Source of the DNA: Squalus acanthias
Lineage: Eukaryota
Assembly: GCA_030390025.1 (NCBI GenBank)
Contig: CM059431.1
Coordinates: forward strand, 131,690,001 to 131,754,000
Reading direction: 5' to 3'
DNA: 64,000 nt
Below the pieces are notes generated by a model, which did not search any database, was not told the DNA's origin, and saw only the letters and a list, made by a program, of their open reading frames with translations. Made by a program: the position numbers and the translations under genes. Below, one piece after another: positions 1 through 12,200 of the stretch. Every line of letters begins with the position of its first letter. Positions within the stretch are counted from its first letter, which is position 1.

Positions 1-1499
1 GTTCTTATGTTAAAACAGTTTCTTAATTAGCTGTTTGTTAATCCTAGGAATTAGCAGCGAACTGCTAACAGGTAGCCCGTTACCACTTTCAACAGTTTTA
101 AAAGCTATCTATATTGTTGCTACCAATAGTGACCAGAGGAATTTTGTCCCCTAAGGTTCCTGTTTATAGTGAACTTGGATACAATAAAATTCTATTTTCA
201 ATGAAAACAGTGTTGTATCCAAAATGACTAAACAGGTCACGAATGGACTGGCATTTTTCTTATAATGAAAAGCTGATTGCTGCTCATAATCAGCCTGAGA
301 AGAGACCATTTTATGTTTGTTGAAAGTTTATCTCTGAGGTCAATTTCAGGGTTTATCATTCTGTTTAGAAGTTTTGATTCTGTTCCTTCAGGACATTTTT
401 TTTCTCTCAAATTGTTATTCGTTGATACTTCAGCTTCTTGGTCTAGCAGAAAGCGATTTTTACAGTAAAGCTCATAGAACGAGTTTATATATTTTCATAA
501 AAAGCAGGGACTGTCACTAGAAATAAGTGAATTATTGAGGGTTTTTTTTTCCATACCAGGTTTTAAGAGAACTCAAATCAGTCAGCCTTTTGTAATGTGA
601 ATGTGTAATTTTCCATCTAAAGTACTTATTTTTGGACTAGTTTGAGTAAATATTTGACTGAACTCTATAGCTGTTGATTTGACTCTGCCTACATCTGAAT
701 TGATGTCAACCTCATACTTTCTACACCCACCTTAATCACCCAGCTTCTGAACTAGTAAAACTCCCGATAAAATCGGAGCCAAAAATGTGTAACTTTGCAG
801 GATCAACAGACCATTTCAAGAAGAAGCTGGCAGTGCAGCCCAAGATCTGTATTCCAGCAGTGTGAGCATTCGTGAGAGATGCTGGCATTAAGTTCTTTGC
901 AGTAGAGGGTTGTTCTGCAGCTATCCCTGGAATTATCACTTACTCCAAGCTGGACTGCAGAGCATCTATTCCGTGCATCAGTAAACCACACATGTGAGTT
1001 TTGGACTCCTCCAACTAGCTGTCATGTAATGGAAACTCCTAGGCACTCTCCCCAGTGATTCCAACAATTTTTCATGTTCAGAAAGCGTCTTTCTTTTAAA
1101 ATCTGACCCCAGAGATCAGGGTCTTTGCCCTCATCAGCTGCTGATGCATACAATTTCACTTTCTGGCCATCTGCTTCCTGCTTCTCCATGCCAACTCCAG
1201 CTGCTCCTGCACAGCTGTGCACTGTGTTTCATCCAGTGCACTCCTCTCAACTTTACTTTCTAACTCTCCCAGAGTATCTGTACCTGTGCTGCTGCTTACC
1301 AGGGTACGATTGATTGACATGATATGCTGGAAGGTGCACAGTTGCTCCTGTTCACTGACCCCAGCAGCAGCTTCTCTGCCACAATAGAGGGAGAAAAAAT
1401 GTTACCAACATGTCCTCATTTAAAACTTGGTGACATTTTGCCTATAGTACTGGTGTGGGCCTGCCGTTCATTGTGTGTTTCACTGCCAGTTAATGTAGA

Positions 1500-2262
1500 A
1501 AGAAAGAAACACTTGCATTTATATAGCGCCTTTCACGACCACCGGATGTCTCAAAGCGCTTTACAGCCAATGAAGTACTTTTGAAGTGGAGTCACTGTTG
1601 TAATGTAGGAAACGCAGCAGCCAATTTGCGCACAGTAAGGCTCCCACAAACAGCAATGTGATAATGACCAGATAATCTGTTTTTGTTATGTTGGTTGGGA
1701 TAAATATTGGCCAGGACCCCTGCTCTTCTTCGAAATAGTACCATGGGATCTTTTACATCCACTTGAGAGAGCAGGTTTAATGTCTCATCCGAAAGACGAC
1801 ACCTCCGACAGTGCAGCACTCCCTCAGCACTCCACTGGAGTGTCAGCCTAGCTTTATGTGCTCAAGTCCCGGGAGTGAGACTTGAACCCACAACCTTCTA
1901 ACTCAGTACAGGAAACTTTCGTTTATCCGGCACCCAAATATCCGGAATTCTCGCTTAACCGGCAAAAATCAGGTAAGTTTTATTATACAGACAAGACCCC
2001 GATTCTGACCTTTCGCCCCCACGAAAGGGGGGTCAACGTTCTTCCGACTCGGACCTGTCGCCGCCACGGAGGAAAAAGCCGGAGTCTCGTTTACTTTCCC
2101 TCTCCGGGTCCCAATTGTTAAGCCTGTGGCCGTGTACGGGGCTCTCGTACCTTGGTAAGTATACCTCTCTGTAATCCGGCACTTTCGATCAACCGGCACC
2201 ACGCCGGTCCCGTCGGTGCCGGATAAACGAAAGTTTCCTGTACTACCAACTGAGCCACAGCC
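1500..2262 (-). mobile_element. SacSINE1-like DeuSINE (tRNA head, Deu core, L2-type tail), head interrupted by a MITE at 1909-2240
   Basis: Reverse complement reads GGCTGTGGCTCAGTTGGTAG (A box), GGGTTCAAGTC (B box), Deu-like GGAGTGCTGCACTGTCGGAGGTG, and tail AAAGGCGCTATATAAATGCAAG; matches the copies at 8278 and 56847. Confidence 0.85.
1909..2240. mobile_element. Tc1/mariner-pogo(Tigger)-type MITE
   Basis: 26-bp perfect TIR CAGGAAACTTTCGTTTATCCGGCACC / GGTGCCGGATAAACGAAAGTTTCCTG, with TA at 1907-1908 and 2241-2242. Confidence 0.9.
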
Positions 2263-2627
2263 AACTGAGTCAATACAATGGCGACTAAAAGAAGGATAAA
2301 TCGTGGTACAAGCCCTGAGTTGGGGTCAGCTTCCTACTTTCCCACCTCCGTTTTCCACTTCAAGTACAGACAGGTCCAGCCAAGTTGTGTCATCCTGTGC
2401 AAAGTACACACCACCTAATATGCTCGACGAAAATGAAAATCTCTCTTGTGTTTTCAAGAGAGAAAATTGACACTTTCTCACATCCATCAGCTATTTAAAT
2501 CTAAAAATTAAAATAAATTGCCTTTGTCCTGTAACATCACTGTTATAGATTTTGTGGGTCCTGCACTAGACATTCTTCAGGTTTCTCCTGTAAGCAGTCC
2601 CAACATCCACTATGATACAGAAGGTAC

Positions 2628-2970
2628 TGCTTCTTAGGCAGTCCCTCGGAACCGAGGATGACCTGCTTCCACATTAGAATGAGTTCTCAGGTGACTGATG
2701 AGTCCAATGCGGGACCGACAGTCTCTGTCACAGGTGGGGCAGACGGTGGTTGAAGGGGCAGGTGGGTGGGGTGCTTGGGTTGACGTGCGCTCCTTGTGCT
2801 GTTTGCGCTTGGCTTCCGCTTGCTCCCGACGAAGAGACTCGAGGTGTTCGGCGCCTTCCCGGATGCTTCTCCTCCACTTTGTGCGGTCTTGGGCCAGGGA
2901 TTCCCAGGTGTCGGTGGGGATGTAGCACTTTTTCAAGGAGGCTTTGAGGGTGTCTTGAAGCGTTTCCTCT
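2628..2970 (-). mobile_element. 5'-truncated RTE-clade LINE 3' end
   Basis: ORF 2634-2936 WESLAQDRTKWRRSIREG...CPTCDRDCRSRIGLISHLRTH is a typical RTE C-terminus with a Cys/His motif; 12-bp TSD TACAGAAGGTAC at 2616-2627 and 2971-2982. Confidence 0.85.
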
Positions 2971-3899
2971 TACAGAAGGTACCTTTATTGTCCAATACCT
3001 AGTTCAACAATAGTGTGACTGTAGGCTTGTAACAGAACCATTGTTGTGTATACTGGATACTGTCACCTCATACATACCGTTATATGCATCCTCCTGTCAA
3101 ACAAAGTGGTTTGTTTTAGATAAAATAAATGAATTAACATAATGCAGCTCTCGCAGCGAGATTCATCAAATTCCTACATTCCGTGTACCTATAAAATAAT
3201 AAAATGAATCTCTGCCTCCATTCACTTTCAAGCTAGCTGTTTTTAAGCTAACTGATACAGTTTTTTGGTTAGCAGAAATATCGATGCACTGTGCTATTCT
3301 GGTGTCGCTGGCACTCACTGACTAAAGAGAGAGAGGTCTCGCTTTGGTCTGTGTGTGCACAGAAAGCCCTTTTCTGATTAAATTAACCCAGAATGGGTCT
3401 TCCACTGTCATTGACTGTAAACAAAGGAGGCCATCAAAGTTGATGGCTGGGGATGCTTTCTCAATATGGCTCTTTTAGCTGATTGATCCCTATGGTCATA
3501 AGCAGCTTCTCCTTTATCCGATATTTACCACAATACAGAACAATGACGGTGTTTCTCCAGTATTTGTCTAGTGTGTATTGAACATCTCCTGTGCACTGAC
3601 AAAACCAAAAGATCTAAATGGTTAACCAGCATGAGAACCATTCATAGCCTGTCATTCAAATGTTGCTGCTAAAATGTGCTTTAACAAGTAATACATTATC
3701 TGTAGGCTTATAATACAGATACTCTGCTATGATAGATCTGCAATCTGTAATTAGTTTATCACTATAATCATTAGCCTAAAGCCTAGTTTCGTAGAGCAAA
3801 GCCTGTAAAACTGGTTATTTACAATATCAAAAAGATCTGAAAAAAGCTTGCAGAGCTGTATATGTTCCAGGAGATACTCAACACAAATTGTTCAATTGT

Positions 3900-4100
3900 T
3901 AAAAATGGGATTCCCAACCTGATCCTGTCTCCACCTGCCCACTTCCAGTTTTAACAGAGGCGGGATGGGGGTGGGTGGGGGGGGGGGGGGGGGCGGGGCG
4001 GGCGACCAACGCGCTCCCAGGGGGCGGAATGTCAATTTAAATATTATAATGAGGCTGGAAGCCTCTTTTTGTTTTTAACTGCATGTGGACGGGTTTTACA
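3900..4100 (+). mobile_element. Fragment of Harbinger-type non-autonomous element
   Basis: Similar to 38905-39035 and to the reverse complement of 33650-33800 (CCACTTCCRGTTTTAACRGAGG ... AAATATTATAATGAGG). Confidence 0.55.
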
Positions 4101-4280
4101 CCATTCGATAGTCAATAGAAGTCAACATGGCTTCAGAAGTGGAAGGTCCCGCATGAGGAGCCTCCTCAACTTCTCTCAACATTCCACAAGATATTGCATC
4201 CACCTCAGAATGGAACGTAGCTATGGTGATGACTGATATGCAGAGCAAAAACTAAGCCATAACAAAAGAATATCCGACCT

Positions 4281-4851
4281 CAATTGGAATATTATGTCCA
4301 ATTCTGGGCACCGTACTTTAGGAAGGATGTGAAGGCCTTAGAAAGGGTGCAGAAAAGATTTACAAGAATGGTTCCAGGGATGAGGGACTTTAGTTACGTG
4401 GATAGACTGGAGAAGATGGGGTTGTTCTCCTTAGAGCAGAGAAGATTGAGAGCAGATTTGATAGAGGTGTTCAAAATCATGAGGGGTCTAGACAGAGTAG
4501 ATAGAGAGAAACTGCTCCCATTGGCGGAAAGGTCGAGAACCAGAGGACACAGATTTAAGGTGATTGGCAGAAGAACCAAAGGCGACATGAGGAAAAACTT
4601 TTTTACTCAGCGAGTGGTTAGGATCTGGAATGCACTGCCTGAGAGGGTGGTGGAGATAGATTCAATCACGGCTTTCAAAAGGGAATTGGATAAGTACCTG
4701 AAGGAAAAAAATTTGCAGGGCTACGGGGAAAGGGTGGGGGAGTGGGACTGGCTGAAGTGCTTTTGCAGAGAGATGGCACAGGCTCGGCGGGCTGAATGGC
4801 TTCCTTCTGTGCTGTAACCAAACTATTATTCTATAAATCTATGATTCTATG
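4281..4851 (+). mobile_element. CR1 LINE 3' end (ORF2 C-terminus and 3' UTR)
   Basis: LEYYVQFWAPY..LERVQKRFTRMVPG..RRLRADLIEVFKI..FFTQRVVRIWNALP; ATTCTATG-like tail. Confidence 0.95.
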
Positions 4852-5877
4852 CTAACAATGCAATTCATTATTCATTGTCAATATCTTTGTATTCTAAGCA
4901 TTCAATTAAGAAGTTGAGGATAGGGTTTTACATTTACTTTGTGTAAAATATTTGCACTCTGAATACAAACAATTGTATCATCAGTTGTCAATTTATTTGG
5001 AGCCTTCTTTGTGTTCTGAAAGTTGCCCCCAATCCTGTGTAGTTAAGAAATCTTATTGACTGGAGTGGGAATCTCACGAGTCTTGTTGTAGTTGGCAACC
5101 TGTGTTTCAAACAGAGGGGCCTGGTATTCCTTGCGGGGGCGCATCCCAGAAGTTGCACCCGAAATTACAATCCATTCCCGCACTCATTCTGCCGATGCCA
5201 AATTACGCTCAAATTTCCTTAAATCTCATTAGCATATGCCATAAAAATGGGCGTAAATTAGTATAAACATTCGAGGTCCAAGGAAAGCATCAAACTCCAA
5301 CCTTCCTCCTTTAAGTATGAAAAGTTTCAACTCATTCAACATCATCCATGAAAATTAAGCACACATGTTTAAGAACTTGCAATCGGGGAAGATTTTCAAT
5401 TTTTAATATGACTTATAGCAATTCTATAAAAATGCATTCAAAGAAATGGAAAAAACAATGCAAGTCTCAGTGAGGATAAATTCTGAAAGTATGCTCAGAA
5501 AAATTGCAATAAAAATCCAGAAAAATGACTTTTTTTCCTGCTGCGCTTGAAAATCTGGTTGCAATTTGAAGACATCTTCTGAGCAAGCGCAATTGCAGGA
5601 AACTCGCGTAAAAGGCTCTGTATCTTGGGAGTGGGCCCATTATTATGGGTGGCAATGTGTTCATGTGGAGGGATCGATAGAGGGTCGTAAAAGATCAAGC
5701 ACATATTGTACTTGCGTGGCTAACTCATGCCCAGTGTTCCATGATATTTGCTTTGAGCCCTGGTTACTCGTGTTTCAGGGCACAACTATGCAGGAACTTC
5801 TTGGAAAATGTTTCTTCCTGCACTGTAGCTTGTTGCAGTCAGCAGCATAAGTAAAATCCAGATTATATAAACGTACT

Positions 5878-6692
5878 GGCCAAGAGTTTCTGCTTTAGGC
5901 GCAATTGGTGATCCAGATGCAAATTGCGCTCAAAATTGCACTATTTTTAAGAAACTTTTTTTGCTCAAGTTTCTGCTCAAACTCATTTGCATATCACCAA
6001 ATGTAAAATCTAACATGAACCAGTGCAATCGGGCAGTGTTTTTGAATGTCATTTAAAAAAAAATTGCATTAAAACATATTCCTTGATGTATGTCAAATTT
6101 TTTGTCTCATAATACTCCTGAGCAGCGCCTTGGGACGTTTTACTACGTTAAAGGCGCTATATAAATGCAAGTTGTTGTTGTATTTAAGAGTGGTAACCTG
6201 GTGCAGCTTTATTACTACAACTGAAACTGGGTTTATCGCAAAAAAGAAGCATTTTTAATCAGAGTGTCTAGTCCACCACCTGTGAGTAATGTATTTTTAA
6301 ATAACTGAAAATGACTTTAAAAAAACTACCGAACCATTTGCTAGTTAGATTGGTGTACAGTAGTCAGTTTCTGACTTTTAAACAGTGCCTATTAGTGTCC
6401 TTGCGCCTAAATAAAAAACAGATTCATTTTAAGAGCCTCCTCGAAGGCCCGCAAATGGGTGCAATTAGCAGAAACTTGCCAAGTTGATTAATTCAATCTG
6501 GGGGTGTGGCCAGTTTTATGGGCGGGGTTGGCTTTGGGCGCGATGTTTTTTAAACTAGTGCACAAGATCGCAAAAACCTGATTTGTACTGGACATAATTT
6601 GCGCTTGAAATTCCTCGATCTTTTGTGCGAGTTTGGGCGATTTCGGGCGAATTGCCCCAAAAAACCAGCACAACCGAGCAGAAACTCCGGTG
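5878..6692. mobile_element. Putative non-autonomous DNA transposon, carrying an L2 tail insertion
   Basis: Imperfect inverted ends GAGTTTCTGCT / AGCAGAAACTC; internal repeats of the same motif. Confidence 0.4.
6113..6182 (+). mobile_element. Extremely truncated L2 3' tail
   Basis: GCGCCTTGGGACGTTTTACTACGTTAAAGGCGCTATATAAATGCAAG(TTG)n, matching the L2 end at 6856-6925. Confidence 0.75.
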
Positions 6693-6855
6693 TTTTGTTA
6701 AACTCATTTATTTTTATAGTAATGCAACTTTTCAAAATCTGTAGTGTCTGTGAATGATCAAATTGTTTATACAAATAGTTTTCAGAAGACTTCCCAGTTG
6801 CCAGCTCTGTTTTAAGTCTACCAAACAAAATCTTGTACCTATTGGTGAAGCATTC

Positions 6856-7325
6856 AACAACAACAGCTTGCATATATAGAGCACCTTTAACATAGTAAAA
6901 CGTCCCACGGTGCTTCACAGGAGCGGTTATCAAACAAAATTGGACACCGAGCCACATAAGGTGATGTTAGGACAGATGACCAAAAGCTTGGTCAAAGAGG
7001 TAGATTTTAAGGAGCTTCTTAAAGGAGGAGAGAGAGATAGCGAGTCAGACAGGTTTAGGAAGCGAATTCCAGAGCTTAGGGTCTAGGCAACTGAAGGCAT
7101 GGCCAGCAATGGTGGAGCGATTAAAATCGAGGATGCGTAAGAGGCCAGAATTGGAGAAACGCAGCGATCTCGGAGGGTTGTGGGGCTGGAGGAGGTTACA
7201 GAGATAGGGAGGGGTGAGGCCACAGAGGGATTTGAAAACAAGGATGAGAATTTTAAAATCGAGATGTTGCCAGACCGGGAGACTATGTAGGTCAGCGAGC
7301 ACAGGCGAACGGGACTTGGTGTGGA
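6856..7325 (-). mobile_element. L2 LINE 3' end
   Basis: PVLADLHSLPVWQHLDFKILILVFKSLCGLTPPYL..RSLR..AFSCLDPKLWNSLP is the L2 ORF2 C-terminal signature; (TTG)n tail. Confidence 0.9.
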
Positions 7326-7477
7326 TGAGATTCATGCATATATGAATATTTGACAGAATCATTAATTTGTAACAAAGAAAATCATGAAATGAAATAACTT
7401 TGCAATAAAGAAGCTGCAACGCATGTACATATTTTAAACCAGGCAGCTATTTATTAAGTGTTTTTTAAATTCTCTCT

Positions 7478-7923
7478 ACAAACGTTTGGCTTGAGGGCTG
7501 ACTTTCCATAGATCGCACCGAGATAGCTGCTCTGCTACGTACGAAACCCTGAGCCAGAATCAGGTCGTCTACGAATAATTTAGCACCAGGTCCCCCACGA
7601 ACGTGCTATGCGTAAACAGGAGAGAGGCGGCGCCCATCCGTCCGCACTCCAGCCCCGAAACGAACGGCACTACACACCGACATGAGTCGGCTATCCCAAG
7701 CCAACCAGTGATCGGCGGCGCTAGGGTATCGTTCCGTTTAGGGGGGATTCTGACTTAGAGGCGTTCAGTCATAATCCCACAGATGGTAGCTACGCACCAT
7801 TGGCTCCTCAGCCAAGCACATACACCAAATGTCTGAACCTGTGGTTCCTCTCGTACTGAGCAGGATTACTATTGCAACAACACATCATCAGTCGGGTAAA
7901 ACTAACCTGTCTCACGACGGTCT
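7478..7923 (-). pseudogene. Retroposed fragment of the 28S rRNA 3' end (~445 nt, includes the sarcin-ricin loop)
   Basis: Reverse complement gives AGACCGTCGTGAGACAGGTTAGTTTTACCC, CTCAGTACGAGAGGAAC (SRL), GAACGCCTCTAAGTCAGAATCC and GAAAGTCAGCCCTC...TTTGT (28S terminus); TSD TTATTAAG at 7451-7458 and 7924-7931. Confidence 0.95.
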
Positions 7924-8277
7924 TTATTAAGGTTTACCCTTCATTTTCTGCCTAGTGCTAAATGACACATGAGAGACTGAGACAGAGTATTTGAATTGAA
8001 ATGTGCATTCAATGAGGCCAGCACAGTATTCCTCAGCTAAGCTGAGACCTTCTGCTCTGACATGCAGAGATGACGTACAAGTTTAGACCTGACATGCATT
8101 TCCTTGTTGTGTCCAGTAATTAAAAGCCCACAGTACCACATTACAAAATCTAATGGCTGCCAAACTTCCATCACTGACTTACTGAGTAACATCTTTATAA
8201 ATGAAAGAAAATGTTTCAGGCGTATGTGAATGATTTTGCAAAATCTCATTGTGATTAGTTGAAAAACCTCAAATACT

Positions 8278-8740
8278 GCCATACCGTGGCTCAGTGTCAG
8301 CACTCTTGCCTTTGAGTCAGAAGTTTGGCCGTTCAAGTCCCATTCCAGAGACAGGAGCACAAAATCTAGGTTGACACTCCAGTACAGTACTGAGTGAGTG
8401 CTGCACTGTCGGAGGTGCCGTCTTTCAGATGAGACATTAAACCGAGGCCCCGTCTGCCCTCTTCAATGGTCGTAAAAAATCCCTTGGCACTATTTTGAAG
8501 AAGAGCAAGGAGTTCTCCCTAGTGTCATGGCCAATATTTATCCCTCAACCAACACCACTAAAACAGATTATCTGGTCATTATCACACTGCTGTTTGTGGG
8601 ATCTTTGCTGTTCACAAATTGGCTGCTGCGTTTCCTACATTACAACTGTGACTACACTTCAAAAGTACTTCATTGGCTGTGCAATACTTTGGGATGTCCT
8701 GAGGTTGTGAAATGCGCTATATAAATGCAAGTCTTTCCTT
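8278..8740 (+). mobile_element. SacSINE1-like DeuSINE, near full length
   Basis: GTGGCTCAGTG head, GTTCAAGTCCC, Deu-like core, GCGCTATATAAATGCAAGTCTTTC tail. Confidence 0.88.
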
Positions 8741-8998
8741 CTGTTTTTCTTTATATGTTCATTACAATGACCTATGCATTTTTGGAATGTTACAAGCTGC
8801 GGTACCTTATATCCTTCTGAGTAATCTTTTTCAAGGGCAAGTTTCAGAATTCACGTAAGTGAAACGTATGATGGATGCAGTTCATTAAATAACTCTTGAC
8901 ATCATACTTCTGATTGATGTTCATGTTGTCATTTGTGATGTGACAAGTTTTAATGTATTGCACCATGAAGCACAGATTTCGGATGGTTGGTTTGTCAT

Positions 8999-9022
8999 TA
9001 TATATATATATATATATATATA
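8999..9022. repeat. (TA)n microsatellite
   Basis: Direct reading. Confidence 0.95.
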
Positions 9023-9291
9023 TTTTAATGCTTGAGAACACTTCATGATTGAGCATTTCATCTTTCTGATTCAACATTTCATCTGTGAAAATGTATTACT
9101 GCTTCCCTGATGGCTCAGCAGGTTTAGTTAATGAACAGCTGAGCAATGCAGCCCAGGAAAGTCCCAGGTTTCGTCGCCGGTCTGTGCTGAGTTAGCTGTT
9201 ATCTGCTGGGATACAGGTAGAGGTGCTACAATTCATCTCCGCACCCTAGGGTCAAGGAAGCAAAAGTCAGTCAGGGTTTTCTATCCTGATT

Positions 9292-12200
9292 TTTTTTAAT
9301 TCAATCATGGGATGTGGGCGTCGCTGGCAAGGCCAGCATTTATTGCCCATCACTAATTGCCCTCGAGAAGGTGGTGGTGAGCCACCTTCTTGAACCCCTG
9401 CAGGCCATGTGGTGAAGGTACTGTTAGGTAGGGAGTTCCAGGATTTTGACCCAGTGACGATGAAGGATCGGCGATATATTTCCCAGTCAGGATAGTGTGT
9501 GACTTGGAGGGGAACTTGGAGGTAATGGTGTTCCCATGCGCCTGCTACCATTGTCATTCTAGGTGGTAGAGGTCGCGGGTTTGGGAGGCGCTGTCGAAGA
9601 AGCCTTGGTGAATTGCTGCAGTGCATCTTATAGATGGTACACACTGCAGCCACGGTGTGCCGGTGGTGAAGGGAGTGAATGTTGGTGGATGGGGTGCCAA
9701 TCAAGCGGGCTACTTTGTCCTGGATGGTGTCAAGCTTCTTCAGTGTTGTTGGAGCTGTACTCATCCAGGCAAGTAGAGAGTATTCCATCACACACCTTAC
9801 TTGAGCCTTGTAGATGGTGGAAAGACTTTGGGGGGGTCAGGAGGTGAGACACTCGCCACAGGATACCCAGCATCTGAGCTGCTCTTGTTGCCACAGTATT
9901 TATGTGGCTGGTCCAGTTAAGTTTCTGGTCAATGGTGACCCTCAGGATGTTGATCGTGGGGGATTCGGCGGTGGTAATGCCGTTGAATGTCAAGGGGCGG
10001 TGGTTAGACTTTTTCTTGTTGGAGATAATCATTGCCTGGCACTTGTGTGCCGCGGATATTACTTGCCACTTATCAGCCCAGGTCTGAATGTCGTCCAGGT
10101 CTTGCTGCATGCGGGCATGGACTGCTTCATTATCTGAGGAGTTGCGAATGGAACTGAACACTGTACAATCATCAGCGAACATCCCCACTTCCGAACTTAT
10201 GATGGAGGGAAGGTCATTGATGAAGCAGCTGGGCCTAGGACACTGCCTTGAGGAACTCCTGCAGCGATGTCCTGGGGCTGTGCTGATTGGCCTCCAACAA
10301 CCACAACCATCTTCCATTGTGCTAGGTTTGACTCCACCCAGTGAAGAGTTTCCCCCTGATTCCCATTGACTTCAATTTTATTAGGACTCCCTGAAGCCAC
10401 ACTCTGTCAAATGCTACTTTGATGTCAAGGGCAGTCACTCTCACCTCACTTCTGGAATTCAGCTCCTTTGTCCATGTTTGGACCAAGGCTGTAATGAGGT
10501 CTGGAGCTGAGCGGTCCTGGCGGAACCCAAACTGAGCGTCAGTGAGCAGGTTGTTGGTGAGTAAGTGCCGCTTCATAGCACTGTCAACGACACTTTCCAT
10601 CACTTTGCTGATGATTGAGAGTAGACTGATGGGCTGTAATTGGCCGGATTAGATTTGTCCTACTTTTTGTGGACAGGACATACCTGTGCAGTTTTCCACA
10701 TTGTCGGATAGATGCCAGTATTGTAGCTGTACTGGAACAGCTTGGCTAGAGGCGCGGCTAGTTCTGGAGCACAAGTCTTCAGAACGATAGCCGGGATGTT
10801 GTCAGGCCCAAGTCTTTGCTGTATCCAGTGCGCTCAGCCGTTTCTTGATATCACGTGGAGTGAATCGAATTGGCTGAAGACTGGCTTCTGTGATGTTCGG
10901 GACCTCAGGAGGAGGCCAAGATGGATCATCCACTCAGCACTTCTGGCTGAAGGTGGTTGCAAACGCTTCAGCCTTGTCTTTTGCACTCACGTGCAGGGTT
11001 CCGCCATCATTGAGGATGGGATGTTCATGGAGCCTCCTCCTCCCATTAGTTGTTCATCACCATTCACGACTGGATGTGGCAGGACTGCAGAGCTTTGATC
11101 TGATCCGTTGGTTGTGGGATCGACTAGCTCTGTCTATAGCATACTGCTTCCACTGTTTAGCATGCATGTAGTCCTGTGTTGTAGCTTTTTTAGATTAGCA
11201 CCTCATTGTTAGGTATGCCTAGTGCTGCTCCTGGCATGCTCTTCTACACATTTCATTGTACCAGGGTTGGTCCCCTGGCTTGATGGTAATGGTAGGGTCA
11301 GGGATAAGCTGGGCCATGCGGTTACAGATTGTGGTGGAATACAATTCTGCTGCTGCTGCTGATGGCCCACAGCGTCTCATGGATGCCCAGTTTTGAGCTG
11401 CTTGATCTATTCTGAATCTATTCCATTTAGCATGGTAGTAGTGCCCCACAACATGATGGAGGGTGTCCTCAGTGTGAAGCTGGGACTTCATCTCCACAAG
11501 GACTGTGTGTGCGGTGGTCACTCCTACCAATGCTGTCATGGACAGATGCATCTGTGACAGGTAGATTGGTGAGGACAAGTTCAAGTAGGTTTTTCCCTCG
11601 TGCTGGTTCACTCATCACCTGCCGCAGGCCCAGTGTGGCAGCTATGTCTTTCAGGACTCGGCCAGCTCGGTCAGTAGTGGTGCTACCGAGCCACTCTTGG
11701 TGATGGACATTGAAGTCCTTCACCTAGAGTACATTCTGTGCCCTTGCTACCCTCCGTGCTTCTTCCAAGTGGTGTTTAACATGGAGGAGTACTGATTCAT
11801 TAGCTGAGGGAGGGCGGTAGGTGGTAATCAGCAGGAGGTTTCCTTGCCCATGCTTGACCTGAAGCTATGAGTTTTCATGGGGTCTGGAGTCAGTGTTGAG
11901 GACTCCAAGGGTCACTCCCTCCCGACTGTATACCACTGTGCCACCACCTCTGGTAGGTCTATCCTGATGGTGGGAGGAGCTTAAGACATTGGTTGAAAGG
12001 TATGATCCTGTGAGTATGACTATGTCAGGCTGTTGTTTGACTAGTCTGTAGGACAGCTCTCCCAGTTTTGGCATAAGTCCCCAGATGCAAGTGTGGAGGA
12101 CTTTTCAGGGTCGACTGGGCTGGGTGTGCTTTGTCGTGTCCAAATCCGATGCCTAGGTCGATGCGGGTGGTCCGTCCGGTTGTATTTTTAATATACTTTG

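Noticed and set aside
736..1400. Short ORFs in unique-looking sequence (also 20687-21089, 22000-22227, 24140-24550)
   Set aside because: No recognisable domains; lengths are compatible with chance.
7478..7923. Functional rDNA unit or R2-type insertion site
   Set aside because: Only the last ~445 nt of 28S is present, flanked by a TSD, with no 18S, 5.8S or spacers.
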